Assembly: GCA_964035545.1 (NCBI GenBank)
Contig: OZ037772.1
Location: forward strand, 12,708,818 to 12,772,817
Direction: 5' to 3'
Length of the DNA stretch: 64,000 nt
Source: Bugula neritina
Taxonomy: Eukaryota; Animalia; Bryozoa
The position numbers were made by a program, and so were the translations under genes. Positions 53,973 to 63,490 of this stretch are shown one piece after another (position 1 is the first letter of the stretch; the number at the start of each line of letters is the position of its first letter). The notes below the pieces were generated by a model. The model did not search any database. It was not told the DNA's origin and was given only the letters and a program-made list of their open reading frames with translations.

Positions 53973-54339
53973 ATATATATATAATATAACATATATATAT
54001 AAACAATATTGTAAACTTTTTAGTGGTTCCACTTGCTAAGAAATTTTTAGAGTTGTGAATGAAAGTTTCAACTAGCAATTAGAAAATAAGAAAGCATTTC
54101 GAATAATACAGCTTGCATGTATAAGAAGATATTTTTAGTATTGGCTACTAACTCACAATGTTAACAAAATAATACTTCAAAAAGGCTTCATATGCATTTA
54201 TATTATAAACTTTTCCAAAACTAGTAATAATATATTATTAGCATGTGCGCAAATGTTTTTGCTTTAAGAGAAGATGAAATATTTACCTGCAGATTGAATT
54301 AAATTGTGACTCTGTAAGTCGCATGCTCTGCAGGAAGAT
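32016..54339 (-). CDS. Spliced gene A2: paralog of A1 (coiled coil and tail anchor, no clear RING); possibly partly pseudogenised
   Basis: Exons about 54288-54339, 52770-52838, 48470-48538, 48244-48295 ([18 protein letters not shown], like A1 APRGIENEKKNYFKPVQ), 47314-47781 ([15 protein letters not shown]), 46726-46783, and last exon 32016-32178 (163 nt as in A1, ends [24 protein letters not shown]) with an AA acceptor; 5' exons uncertain. Confidence 0.6.
32410..33493. mobile_element. TTAA-flanked MITE (piggyBac- or Harbinger-like)
   Basis: TIR CCCCTG(T/C)TCA(C/T)ACATTG..CCGTAACAG; TTAA on both sides; left TIR split by the insertion at 32422-32838. Confidence 0.75.
32422..32838 (+). mobile_element. 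Retroposon 3' end inserted in the MITE TIR
   Basis: Ends AATAAAC(AAAC)n and splits the TIR precisely. Confidence 0.6.
33903..33988. repeat. (TA)n microsatellite
   Basis: Read directly. Confidence 0.95.
34030..34243 (-). mobile_element. tRNA-head SINE
   Basis: A box TAGTCTAGAGG and B box GGTTCGAACCC, followed by a non-tRNA body. Confidence 0.6.
34273..37800 (-). mobile_element. 3.5-kb DNA transposon derivative, Sola1-like, with decayed exons
   Basis: Imperfect TIRs GTGACC(T/A)G(G/T)C..ACAAAAC..GGGATGT with further subterminal matches; 4-bp TSD ATAT (AWWT); exon-like remnants at about 35210-35420 and 35690-35796. Confidence 0.65.
36546..37026. repeat. Two adjacent spacer-less AT-rich palindromes
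   Basis: 36546-36865 and about 36864-37026 each fold back on themselves with nested hairpins. Confidence 0.9.
37801..38606. repeat. Complex (TA)n array, continuing at 46584-46675 beyond the BEL insertion
   Basis: TA runs with ACGTGT/ACACGT variants and an inverted duplicate of a unique segment. Confidence 0.95.
38607..46583 (-). mobile_element. Full-length BEL/Pao LTR retrotransposon
   Basis: 701-bp LTRs 38607-39307 and 45883-46583, identical by eye; TG...CA; TSD ATATA; poly-G PPT at about 39308-39318. Confidence 0.97.
39403..45357 (-). CDS. BEL/Pao Gag-Pol polyprotein (1984 aa)
   Basis: Three Cys/His knuckles; protease LDTMS; RT KIRVVFD and FYVDD; RNase H FSDAS and WTDS; integrase GSDCFGP, TDRGTNF, GGVWER; uninterrupted. 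Confidence 0.97.
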   Translation of the reverse strand: MVFETKIMSSIHSGSRISETRKSSRTRGLSEKAQENELVKGLKSVNSCIRKFNKLLKSQPVNNPENISEMQSAVLEAQTELHVLGNLPTSSSSEDLSEVAKQVETMAKVLESMPKSTEIDQGQHSASPPLEVQSPKHSTKASSISAKSNRSIRVVKNKLAAANVDIELETLRKQAQLKAQIDAMQLELQASELEAKKQRIMVRRDVLEEYDVDEREEIEDALDVISLHGDPIIPPLERVAVGENLNVIAPSLNNEHPAIGNGQSLSSNNISDIHVLADSITKAMHVNRLPIPEPPVFCGNPLEYADWEISLRTLIERTSIPESDRIHYLKKYVGGSAREAISGYFLLNCDDAYCKAKEILRERFGSSYTVAESFRTKLNNWPKIKPHDRISIQKYSDFLCQCEAAMLRFDELNILNDSQQNKSMYEKLPDWMSSRWKRKLTQFRKANGAYPKFGLFVEFVKTESDIINDPVTASVDHADRIDAKRPISSSYSKPVANTRVTSLTSSKHCIFCDMSNHEIDECFKFGKLSVHERKQYASRYRLCFQCLKANHIKAQCNKVCICKKCQGKHPTSMHYGSTRDNAGNIGRSPSNSGSYTQNDGHYSSKVTSKSSVTNDKGNVASNIDSASNANNCSTVRANSGLSSMVVPVWLCDASAPEKEILVYAMLDTMSDTTFITTQAADCLNAPGEATSLKLTTMNGTKSSNECCRYSGLMVRGYNNADKIAIPCAYSTKVIPLDKSHIPSAKVANAWPHLQQIAHEFPSLENVPVSMLIGYDVSKALMPQQLIVGSHDTDPFAVRTPLGWCIVGNTSYPGSKQFSTCCRTVTLTNEHACKNEQTAVTFDCATANSSKQILPQNVLELLQQDFMENQTRACTTMSQEDKLFVSKLEAGIEQNEGGYITMPLPFKTDAKPYLPNNRLMAEKRLESLKTKLSKNEHLKQDYLKFMNDVIDAGDAELVPECEKSQNNSTWYIPHFGVYHPKKPGKIRVVFDCSAKYANLSLNDHLIQGPDLMNRLVGVLHRFRKGQVGIMCDIQKMFHMFKVHKNDRDYLRFLWYTDASLTKVAEYRMTVHLFGATSSPGCATFGLRYLANKNHDANDEHSVRAKDFIINDFYVDDGLLSLNSVTDMANVISQAVDLCKTGNIRLHKFVSNSTQLLDTIPNSEKAETIKDLNLNTGNSVLPMERALGIKWCTQSDNFKFSMNLKQIEPATKRRILSTVASLFDPLGFLSPFILCGKKILQSICKDGTTWDAPVNEDVSAQWLSWKHEFNMLDNVAIPRCIYPANFDTIVKTELHHFSDASAIGYGQCSYIRLVNNHGDVHVALLSAKSRVIPLNKSVTIPQAELQAAVMSAKLADSLKADLKIENITDEIFWTDSKVVLGYITNEVKRFHVYVANRVQQIRDLSTPNQWQYINTQSNPADIASRGISSIAKLLDSCWFNGPGFLHEPDLTHMLTTRNKFDIASDDPEVKATTHVVAVNDLSKSWNEKFKAFSSLSSAVRAISTLQKIARAKCKQTKTTVMSDVASTEKAKMQILKWAQMEFLANECKEIKAGKVTKSNKILKLDPFTDKNDMLRVGGRLKNSSLAYGEKHPIILPKKSHITKLVVDHCHKQVMHQGRGMTIAQIQNSGYWILGCNSLVSSQIANCVTCRKTRSAPEIQKMADLPSKRIEPTPPFTYVGSDCFGPFVVKDNRKELKKYGVIFTCMASRAIHIELVDDLSTDAFINALRCFIAIRGPIRQLHTDRGTNFIGAANELASVAKEATRKIESFSESNSFEWVTNTPHSSHMGGVWERHIRTIRSVLNSMLAINSTRLDTSTLRTLLYEVMAIVNCRPLISQTDESYPMPLTPNQLLTMKSKVVLPPPGQFDEQDVYCRKRWRVVQGLVNQFWKRWRTHYLQQIQSRPKWLKRAANIAVGDVVLLVSDDKNRRDWPLGRVVEVFPSDDNLVRRVRLSIADAEKLDRKGRRIKSETQLERPIQKLIFLFRPS
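51250..51591 (-). mobile_element. Miniature LTR element (TRIM) with tRNA-like LTRs, diverged copy
   Basis: Two TGTAGTG-starting direct repeats; internal GAGTTGAGTGGTCAGGGAAGC shared with the 54684 copy; 5-bp TSD GAGCA. Confidence 0.8.
51926..52112. repeat. 22-bp minisatellite, about 8.5 copies
   Basis: Consensus CATTGAACATATATAAGATCAC. Confidence 0.9.
53556..53908 (-). mobile_element. Penelope-like element remnant in a (TA)n array
   Basis: About 40-bp inverted repeat (53585-53624, 53868-53908) enclosing a minimal hammerhead motif. Confidence 0.6.
53639..53678 (-). ncRNA. Minimal hammerhead ribozyme-like motif
   Basis: TACT-CTGAAGA-T-GGGTAC agtg GTACCC-GAAA-TA-TC-AGTA. Confidence 0.6.
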
Positions 54340-54683
54340 GCCATGCTGCAACATATTGAAAGACGGCATTGTATGTGAAATCAACTAAATTTAATTGCAT
54401 ATTTCATAATTACATAACATTAATCTAATTCAATTATGTACAATTAATTAAACTTTATCTGAAGCCTGAAGGTGATTAGGCTGTGCCCAGCAAATGAAAA
54501 TAGCCTGCAATGGAAGTTAGCTGTAATTAGCATAAGTTTTATAGTAGCAGTAAACTCAAAACTGATTGGACACATCATCCACAATTATCCCAAAATCAAT
54601 TCAGCACAAAATTCATTATAAAACAAAATAGTATGTAGATGAAAACTAGTATATATATTAGCAATATTTTAATACTACATATG

Positions 54684-55010
54684 TGTAGTGTTGAGTTTAC
54701 CCAGTGGTCCCCAGTGGTGTAACGGTTAGCGCACTTGCTTGCAAGCCAGAGGTCTCGGGTTCAATTCCCAGTTGAGGCAAAATTATTTTACAAGCTATTT
54801 CGGCCTTTAGTGAAGTGTAGTAGTTGTACTCCGAGGGAGTTGAGTGGTCAGGGAAGCCTGAATACTGAATGAGTAGTAGATAGGCCAGTGGAGTTCAGAG
54901 AACTGGGTGGGATATAGTGATGAGTTTACTCAGTAGTCCTCGTGGTGTAATTGTTAGCACACTTGCTTGCAAGCCGGTTTGATTCTCAGTAGGGGCAAAA
55001 TTGTTTTACA
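54684..55010 (+). mobile_element. Miniature LTR element (TRIM) with tRNA-like LTRs
   Basis: LTRs about 54684-54792 and 54913-55010; purine-rich tract before the 3' LTR; 5-bp TSD ATATG; A and B boxes in the LTR. Confidence 0.9.
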
Positions 55011-55426
55011 ATATGTAACCTGAAGTGTGTCAGGGATTCATTAAAGGCAATAATGCTCTTCACAGTTGAAGTGCCGTAACTAAGCTGAACAGAAATAATT
55101 AAAAATAAAAATCTAGCGCTGGGTTTAATTGATTCCTATGAGAATATAGTCAAACACGTTATTATACAACTTCTACTAAGTCATCAACTTAAACCTAAAC
55201 GAACACAATTTATTTATAGGAGCATAACCTAATTTTTTAAGAAACTGATATAAAGATTTAACAGACAAAATAATAAGCAAAAATTTAATCGAATTTTCAG
55301 CTTTAAAATTATTTTTTCAAATTAAGAAAAAAAAGCCATTTAAAATTATAATATAATATAACTTTTATTTGTGATAAGAATACAAAAGACTTTTGATTTT
55401 GACCATCATATGATTTTTACGATTGT

Positions 55427-56565
55427 AGGTAAAAATGGCACCAGTAAAAATGGCGCAAGTAAAATTGACACAGGTATAAATATAATGGCACAGGTAATAA
55501 TGGCACAAATAGAAAAGTAGGTGAAATTAGTAGCACATTGATGTTAAGATTTCCCAAACCCTTAAACCCCAACCTTAAATTCAAATCCCCTAACCCCCCT
55601 CCCAAATCCCAATATTGAAAATGTCCCATTTTCACCTATATACTTCTCCATTTGTGGCATTAGGTCAATATCGATGCAGTATATAACTGGTCCCAACAGT
55701 GGAAGATGCCTTTTAATGAAAATAAATGCCATGCTATATCATTTGGTCGCCAAACAGGCCTTCCATCTTATAAGCTTGGGAGTACACCTGTCCAATGGAT
55801 TGAAGAGACCAAGTATCTCGGTGTGACCATGCAGAGTAACCTTAAATTTGACAAACACATTGTGCTGAAATCACAAAAAGCTAGCAGAGTCTTGGGAGCA
55901 ATAAAGTTTGCTCTCCATGATGCTCCAAAAAATGGCAAACTCTTGGCTTACACCAGCCTCTGCCGTCCATTGTTGGAGTATGCAGATAACCTCTGGGATC
56001 CTTATTTAAAAACCACCATACATGATATAGAAATGGTTCAGAACCGTGCTGTGAGGTTCATATCAGGTCTCAAGGGGCGAGAGAGTGTTAGTGACGCTCG
56101 ATGCAAACTGGGTCTACTACCATTACAAGCGAGGCATAAAAATCATAGACTCACACTATTGACACGTATTCTACAGTCTGAAGCCACACACAGTACACTT
56201 TCATCAGACTATGATGAGGTTGTGGAAAATCGCTCTCTCATGTCCGTAACTACGAGATCAGCAACCCAAGGTTTACCCAACTCTATTTCTTCTCGCTCTA
56301 GCTGTTACCACCAAAGTTTCTTACCAAGAACGATACGCGACATGAGAGGATTTACCTAGCTTACCTATCAATTTTCCTTTTAAATATCACTATCTAAATT
56401 GAATAATATCAGCGGTAATGCGGAAGCACTAAAACAAAACAACGGAACACTCACTGTCACACACATGAGGCGCTCTACTATGGTCAATGAAGGTCAAGAG
56501 GCGTTCTACCTCATCAGAGGTAATCAGAGAGGTAATTATTACCTGTGCCATTTTTACCGGACACC
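55427..56565. mobile_element. Degenerate MULE-like MITE hosting a LINE fragment
   Basis: Subterminal GGTAAAAATGGCAC repeats at left and inverted GTGCCATTTTTACC at right. Confidence 0.55.
55660..56359 (+). mobile_element. 5'-truncated CR1/L2-group LINE
   Basis: WKMPFNENKC, KYLGVT, YTSLCRPLLEYA, SFLPRTIRD. Confidence 0.9.
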
Positions 56566-57374
56566 GATTCGTACAAAATATATCCTACAATGCTGTGAGA
56601 CAAAAATGATTGAACAAAATCCATTCAACTTCACATAGTACATAGGACACTGTTGCACTCTATAAAATTAGGAATTTTTTCTAGAAAATATGTTTTATGC
56701 TAGAAGGATTCAGTAAATCGAAAACATTCAGTGGTAAAAGGTAAATGGTAAGAACTCAGACACTACCTATCATGACACGATCCACAAGAATAGTGGTTAT
56801 TACTGCATAATTGGATTTTTGGAAAGCCCAAATCTCCTCCACATAGGCTACAGTTGGATGAATAGGCGGCCTAAAAAGAAAACATCTATTACTGTAACCT
56901 CAACAAATAATCTTTTATTATGAGATGCAATAGAAATCATGGCAAAATAGTGTTGAAAAAAATTAAAAGCATGCAAAAAATATATTTTAGTACAAGTGGA
57001 TTATTTTGAAACAGAGTTGAAAATTAAGGATAGAGACTGAATAGAGCTGTAATAGAAAAATCTTAAACTGATTTGAACTGATGACATAGTCTGGTCACGT
57101 GACCAGATTATCAATAACTTTCAACATTACTTAGTGTATAAAATTCAAATTAGTTTCCTCTTGTATATAGGTTTGATTGCATGAAATGTTTATAAAAATA
57201 AGGTGCTGTGACTAACTTAATGCAATAGAAAACTGTTTTAACTTTTTAAAACATTACATATATTAAGTATAGCACAAACTTTTAACAATCCTAAAATATT
57301 GCATACCAATATATACTTAAAAATAAGCCCTTAAATATGGGGGTAAAGATTATATCTTGATAAATTGTAGGTTT

Positions 57375-59760
57375 TGTAAGAATTTTAGCAAAAAAACATA
57401 ACTCTTTGTATCACAAAAGAGAGAAGGCAATTCCAAGTGTACGATGTTTTTATTAGTCTGCTTCCAAGAACAAGTATAATAGTCTGTATATAGGTAGTGT
57501 TCCTTCCAAGCTTCAGCAGTAGACTGAATCTATGCTGGTGAGCTCGCCCTTTTATACTCTAGAATTTGGAAGCTGTTCGAATTCTAAAATATTCCATCCA
57601 ACTTAGGATTGGATCAGATGTTCGAAAATAGTATTTGGGCATTCAATCGACAGAATTGGGCATTCAATCGACAGAATTGGGCATCCGATTTAGAATCAAA
57701 CGTCCAAATCCGAATTTGAACTTACATAAGTGAACAAAATAAAATGAACAATAAAACTACGCCAAGATCTTAATTATAATAACAGCAATTTAGGCATTCA
57801 GAAAGCTAAACCAAAAATTTAACTGTAACAAAAATTAGGGCATTCAGAAAACTACGCCAAAATATTAACTATAATAACAACACAAATAAAAAAGTTAAGG
57901 CATGAATAGATCACCAAATCTACTACATCCTCTACCTCCCCCCCCCCCCCCCCATCAAAACATACCCCTTTTCAATAACAGAAAAACTATTCAGTTCCCA
58001 CAGAAAACCAAAAAAGCATACAGAAGAAAAACAATGATGTTAACCGGAAAATATATTATATGACGAGCTCAGCAGTATAACTGCTGGAAGACACACGTGG
58101 TTAGTATACTATTTAAAAGTTTTATTATCTCCCTTCTTACTTACTGTCTTCCCATTCTTTACACCTCCCTGTATGCTAAAGATAAAAAGCAACTCCGACA
58201 CTTTTTTAAAGAGGCATTCAAATTAGGCATCAAAGATCTTGGGGATATCGACAATCTAATAGATGTCAGAACTAAAACCTTGCTACTACAATATATATAC
58301 ATGATGACAATCATTTTCTACATGACTTTCTTGAAAAGTGCCCATCAGGACGATATCGTACTATTAAATACAGAAGCACATGGGGCAGAGATTCTTTTAT
58401 ACGCCAGGCAGCACTCAAGCTAAATAAACTTGTGTAATAATTTTTGCTAATTGACTTCCAGCCTCGGAGACTCGTTACTCCTATTTTTAAGCCATGTATG
58501 TTACACTTTTATCATTTTTAGTATCATGAGCATCGTATTTAACACCTTTTTTCACAACATATATCTTGTTAGTGATAGAAATAAAATCAATCAATCAAAA
58601 AGCAAGTAGTAAAACACATAATATATATTATCCTCTGGGTGTTCTGTGGTCCGGGTTCATCGCCTAGCCTTGCTAACACCACCCGTAGAAGCTTGGTAAT
58701 GGCTAGTTTGGTGGCTCCAGCTTTGGCATCGTCCTCCTGGCTTTAGATCGGCCAGCGTGACCAGCGTTGAAAATCCAGTCTCCGGAGGTTGGAGAAACTC
58801 CTTAGCACCCGGGGCCGAGTGCGGTTGGTCGTTGATAGCTCTGGAACATACTTCTGACCATAGTTGTCAGCTGTTATAGGAGCCTGCCTTTCTCAGGTGG
58901 ATTGATTTCTCTTTCTGTCTGTTCCCTGATAGTCTGAGACCCCAGATGGATAGGGCACTTGGCTCTTTACAGTATGCTCCACCATGGGCTGCCATTCCAT
59001 GTAATCACACTGGTAATCATTTAGGTACCTGGGGGGGGCCTTCGGGTGCACTCGCTCTGCCTAAAGATCGCAAGGGGTGTGGAAGCTGAGTGTCCACAGA
59101 GAGGGTGGCCTTGCCTCCCTCACCTCAAGGGTGGAGATGTCCTCTACCCCCCCCCCCCGGAGCCACCGGGGCTTACCTTGGAGCTAGCTGATCTGGGGGT
59201 CCAGGCTGGGGGGGGGGGCGATGCCAGTCTGGAAATGATGATTTCCCACTCCTGTGGCTGAGTTGTCTTCCCTCATCTGACTGATTGAAGAGATGACTCT
59301 AGCAATGGGGGCGCCTGCCCAGAAGCATCCTGGATAACCCAATATGGCTTCAGCCGCTGCTCACTCTGTACCAAGATCTGCTCAGAGCTCTTCTTGGTAA
59401 GTGTGATTGGACAGGATCTCCACGATGAACTTGGGCTAAAGTTTAGCTGACTGTCCAGGACGCCTACAATGACAGTCCATCCAAACCCAGTCGCCTACTT
59501 GGTACAGGGGGGTTCCTCGAAGTCTCCTGCTCACACCTTCTACTGCTTCTCCTGTAGAATCTCGTGGGGCCATCTGCATCCTGTTGATCAGCTCCCCCAC
59601 ACACTTATATACTGAGGCCTCGAGTGCAGGAACATGGTAGGTCAGGTGATATAGAATCCAGTATGCCGGCATGATTTGCAGCAACACCACATCCCATTCT
59701 TCTTGACTCCCGCCTAGGAGTAGGCTCCTCAAGGCATCACCCAAGATTCTGTTGCCGGCT
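57375..59760 (-). mobile_element. Gypsy 3' fragment: integrase C-terminus, poly-G PPT and 3' LTR (57375-57927)
   Basis: NRILGDALRSLL..EEWD and YQVGDWVW..KL motifs; G-run PPT at about 57930-57953 followed by TGTAGTAG; LTR ends TTACA. Confidence 0.75.
58030..58597 (+). mobile_element. LINE 3' end (Rex1/L2-like) nested in the Gypsy fragment
   Basis: FKSFIISLLTYC..HFLHDFLEKCPSGRYR..DSFIRQAALKLN after a frameshift; AATAAA and (ATCA)n tail. Confidence 0.8.
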
Positions 59761-59764
59761 CCGC

Positions 59765-60300
59765 AACTCCATTTCCTTGCAGCTGATATGGAGTTGTCTG
59801 ACTCTGATTCACAGCTGATCAATCCAATTTGACAATTTTTTCATCTCCTCTCTGTAAATTGTACATGTCTTGTTATAGCATTTGTGAGTTTGGCCATCAG
59901 CTCAGCATGATCAGCAAGCCAGGTTTCCATTCCCGCTGTTTCTCTAACACCTCGCCAAGGAAATTTTTCAGCTCTTAATATTTTTCATATTTCTGTTTGA
60001 TGCACAGCATTTTTGAAATAAAGATTACAAATTTTCCCAATACTTATTAAACTTTGCTTCTAACTTGTGCACATCACCTTCCAATCTTCGTAATTCATTT
60101 TCAGACAAGAGAGTTTGCTGTTTTTGTTTTTGGTTTATTGCTTTAAGCAGTATTTCTGAAGCTTGTTTGACCAAATCACCAATTGTGGACACAGAAAAAT
60201 TGTATAATTTGTGAGTTTCAACAAACACACTTACTTCACCTTTTGCTTCAAATTGTACACCAAGTGGCAAAGTCAAGGTAAAATAACATACATATTCAAC
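59765..60300 (-). pseudogene. Decayed coding region, possibly an env/fusion-glycoprotein-like remnant
   Basis: LPLGVQFEAKGEVSVFVETH, a helical stretch, then ERR*KNCQIGLISC; stops and a frameshift. Confidence 0.3.
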
Positions 60301-63064
60301 TTTTGCTCAAAATAAATACCAACGTTGACTGAACTGAGTTCTTTACAGTAATCCATACCTTGTATTTATTTTCCATTTCCACGTTTTGAGAATTTGTGGG
60401 ATTATCTATAAACAAATCAAGTCGAGAAATTACTAGTCATGTGACAAATCAAGTTTTCAAGTAAAAGTATTAATAATTACTTAAACAGTCTTGTCATCGT
60501 CATACATTATTATACAGAAAGTTTGCTCATTTTTATTGGTTAAATCAACAGAAGTAAAACTAATTTGTTGATATGTTAACAAAAAATTGCTGTCTCCTTG
60601 TAGAAAAATGTACAAAATACTGCAAATTGATTAAAATCGATATTTATCTCAAACTTTAGAATGACAAGCAAGAGACTTTTAAATTGGCTGAATAAATGTG
60701 TTGAAAAGTGAAACTAAATAACTTGCGAATAATAGCAAGTCAGCTTAACTTCATATACCAACAACTCGGTATGTGCTACAAAAACAGCATTATACACTTG
60801 TAGACACTCTCAACACTTCTATGTAATGTGTGTTTGTCATCACACATCTACTTATCAACACAAGTTAGAGCTGGTAGCTATAGTAGATCTCTACTAACAT
60901 GCACCAGTCACAACTCAAATACCTGTATTAATCCTCTCTATCTTTCAAGTCTACCGTATCTACACAATAAAAAGCAGGTCAAGTGCTGTACTATGAATAT
61001 TTTAGATTACAATATTAGCACCTTTGATGTGCTCTTCAAGTGATTTCATCACCAAGTGTAAAAGCTTATTATTGTTCAAGTATAGAAATAAAAATCAATA
61101 TCATACTGAATCTTCTGTATTCCAAACCAAAAGAAACTGAAGCAGAAGTCATTGTGTTTAATAAGTATGTTATAGATAATCAATATATAGACTATACATG
61201 CAATTAGAATAACATGAATATTTAATGTAACTCTTAAAACAATTCTGTTAATATTATTGAACAATGTAGTCATGTATAATAATCTCATACAAAGTGAAGA
61301 GATAACAGAGACAAATAGATGGAATTACATTAAATACTGTAATTGAATAATCAGAAATAAATTCTATGATCAAAGTATGTCTAAACCTTATATTTATCCA
61401 AAGCTAAGTTCAGCTCCAAGCTATGACAAGCAGTATCATGTTATGACCTTCAACTTCAGCTGACTCATTTGGAACGTTCTACAAGTTACGGTGTTTGCCA
61501 AACAATGTTTAGTTATACTGCTAGTAAGCAAAATTCAATGATGTGCCAAATACTTTTCAATAATTACAATAGCAATGGTTAAGCATGATATTATCCAATT
61601 ATACTACTGCTACAGTATTTCACTGTATTATATATATAAGCATAGAGCATTATATAGTAACTATATAAAGTATATTCACAATAATTGTATATGCAAGTAA
61701 GTGTGTGTTTCTTTGCAAATAATATTCTTCATTATTATCCTTTGTAAACTGTGTTATACCTCTGCCTTGTCACAACTTTTAGCAGTTGTCTCCTGCTGAA
61801 TATTCTTTCTAGTTAAGTTTAGAATAATATAAAAACATAATAAAAACACAAAATATCAAGATTGAAAAAGTTAACTTAAGTTTGGAATATTGATGAATTT
61901 GCAATAAAACAAAAATCGATAAAATGAAAAGGTATTACCTATTAATTATAGACAAACCATTCTATTACGGTCTGAAGATATTATACAAAAATATATATTA
62001 TATATGACCAATAAGCAGCTGAGTTTATCAGGGCTTAAGTATTTGATTATAGTTATTATTTTCAAAATTTGGAATCGTTTATTTATTATATTTATGAAGT
62101 TATTTCACCTCCTGGCTCACTGGTGTATAACTATATTATTATTATAATTACACATGACACAGTATTTGTTACGAGCTGTTTTATACGTATTATATATCTA
62201 AATATTTACTTGGTGATAAAATATTGTGAAAATTACATATAGGTGTGATGACACCTGCATGTATATTTTACAAGAACGGTTAATGTATTCATAGTTCATA
62301 CTGGATCCCTTGAACCAATTACTTTCAAGCAGCTATATAAGTGTGTCAATTATAAATGATAATTAATAATAGCTCATTGCTTGTGTGACAAAAGTATTTA
62401 TGTTATATAATAATAAATTAATCTACATTATTATATATTATAATTTGACAAAACAAGTCAATTATAATTAGAAGAATGTTTTGATTTTTTTGGTTTTTTT
62501 TTATGCTGATTACGCAACACAACACTGTGGGTTGTTTGCGTTATATATTTTATATTTTACTAGCAGTTATCCACTTTTAATTCCATTAACTATTTTCAAA
62601 TTTATATTTTGTAACTTTTGATCAATAACTTTAGGACATTAAAATGATTTTAGACATAACTTGATAGTGTGCATAACATCAAAAATTTATCCTGAGTGCT
62701 TGCTAGAATTGTATTAAATTTGTTTGTTTTGTTGTATCAATATAATATAATATATATTATATTTGTTGTAGGCTATTAACATAATGTTAATATATTTTAT
62801 TTTTTTGATAAAACCATTTGACAAACGATTAGCAAATATTGTATTACACCCGGATGCATCACATCACATCACAAGATAATGTGTTAAGAAATTCGTATAA
62901 AAACTCTCACTGAACTATTAGCTTATTTCTATTAATGCAAGACTACATCCAGAAATATTCAAAACAAAAACATTTTTTCTAATAGAAATACTTGAAAATA
63001 AAAAAATTTGTAGCTTTAAAAACAGTCATACATTGAAAAAACCGCTAATCCAAATATCTCAGTT

Positions 63065-63490
63065 TTAGGAGAACAGCTTTTTAAAACCTCCAAAAAGTGT
63101 TGTGACTCTGTCATATGCAGTTTGTGCAGTGACTGCAACTGCATTCCCCACACCTCTAGCAGCACCAAATGTAAGCTTTGTGGCTCCTTCACCGATATCT
63201 TCTACCCAAGTTGCCTCACTATCACCAGAGGTTTTAACTAATTCTTGTAACTCTTTCAACTCTAATTGTCTCTTCAATTCCGCAGTTTCTCGATTTTTGG
63301 ATTCTATTTCTTCTTTTTCAAGGGACTCCATTTTTAATCTCATATCTTCAAATTGCTGCTGTGAAATCATTTTCTGATTCAGTTGATCCTGTAGAGATTT
63401 TAGCTGCTCTTCATGTCTTTTTGCTATTTCTTGTACTTCCCTTCTATCCTCTGTGGCCAGCTTTTCTTTTTCTGACAAAATAATTAACTA
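63065..63490 (-). CDS. Terminal exon (partial) of a second atlastin/GBP-like paralog
   Basis: Aligns with 24548 (SLQD..ISQQQFE..ELKEL..TW..EGA.K...GAARGVGNA...AQTAY); homology breaks near 63500. Confidence 0.75.

Noticed and set aside
54705-54778. Genuine tRNA gene (also 8336-8406)
   Set aside because: Imperfect acceptor and anticodon arms, and embedded in LTRs of a TSD-flanked element
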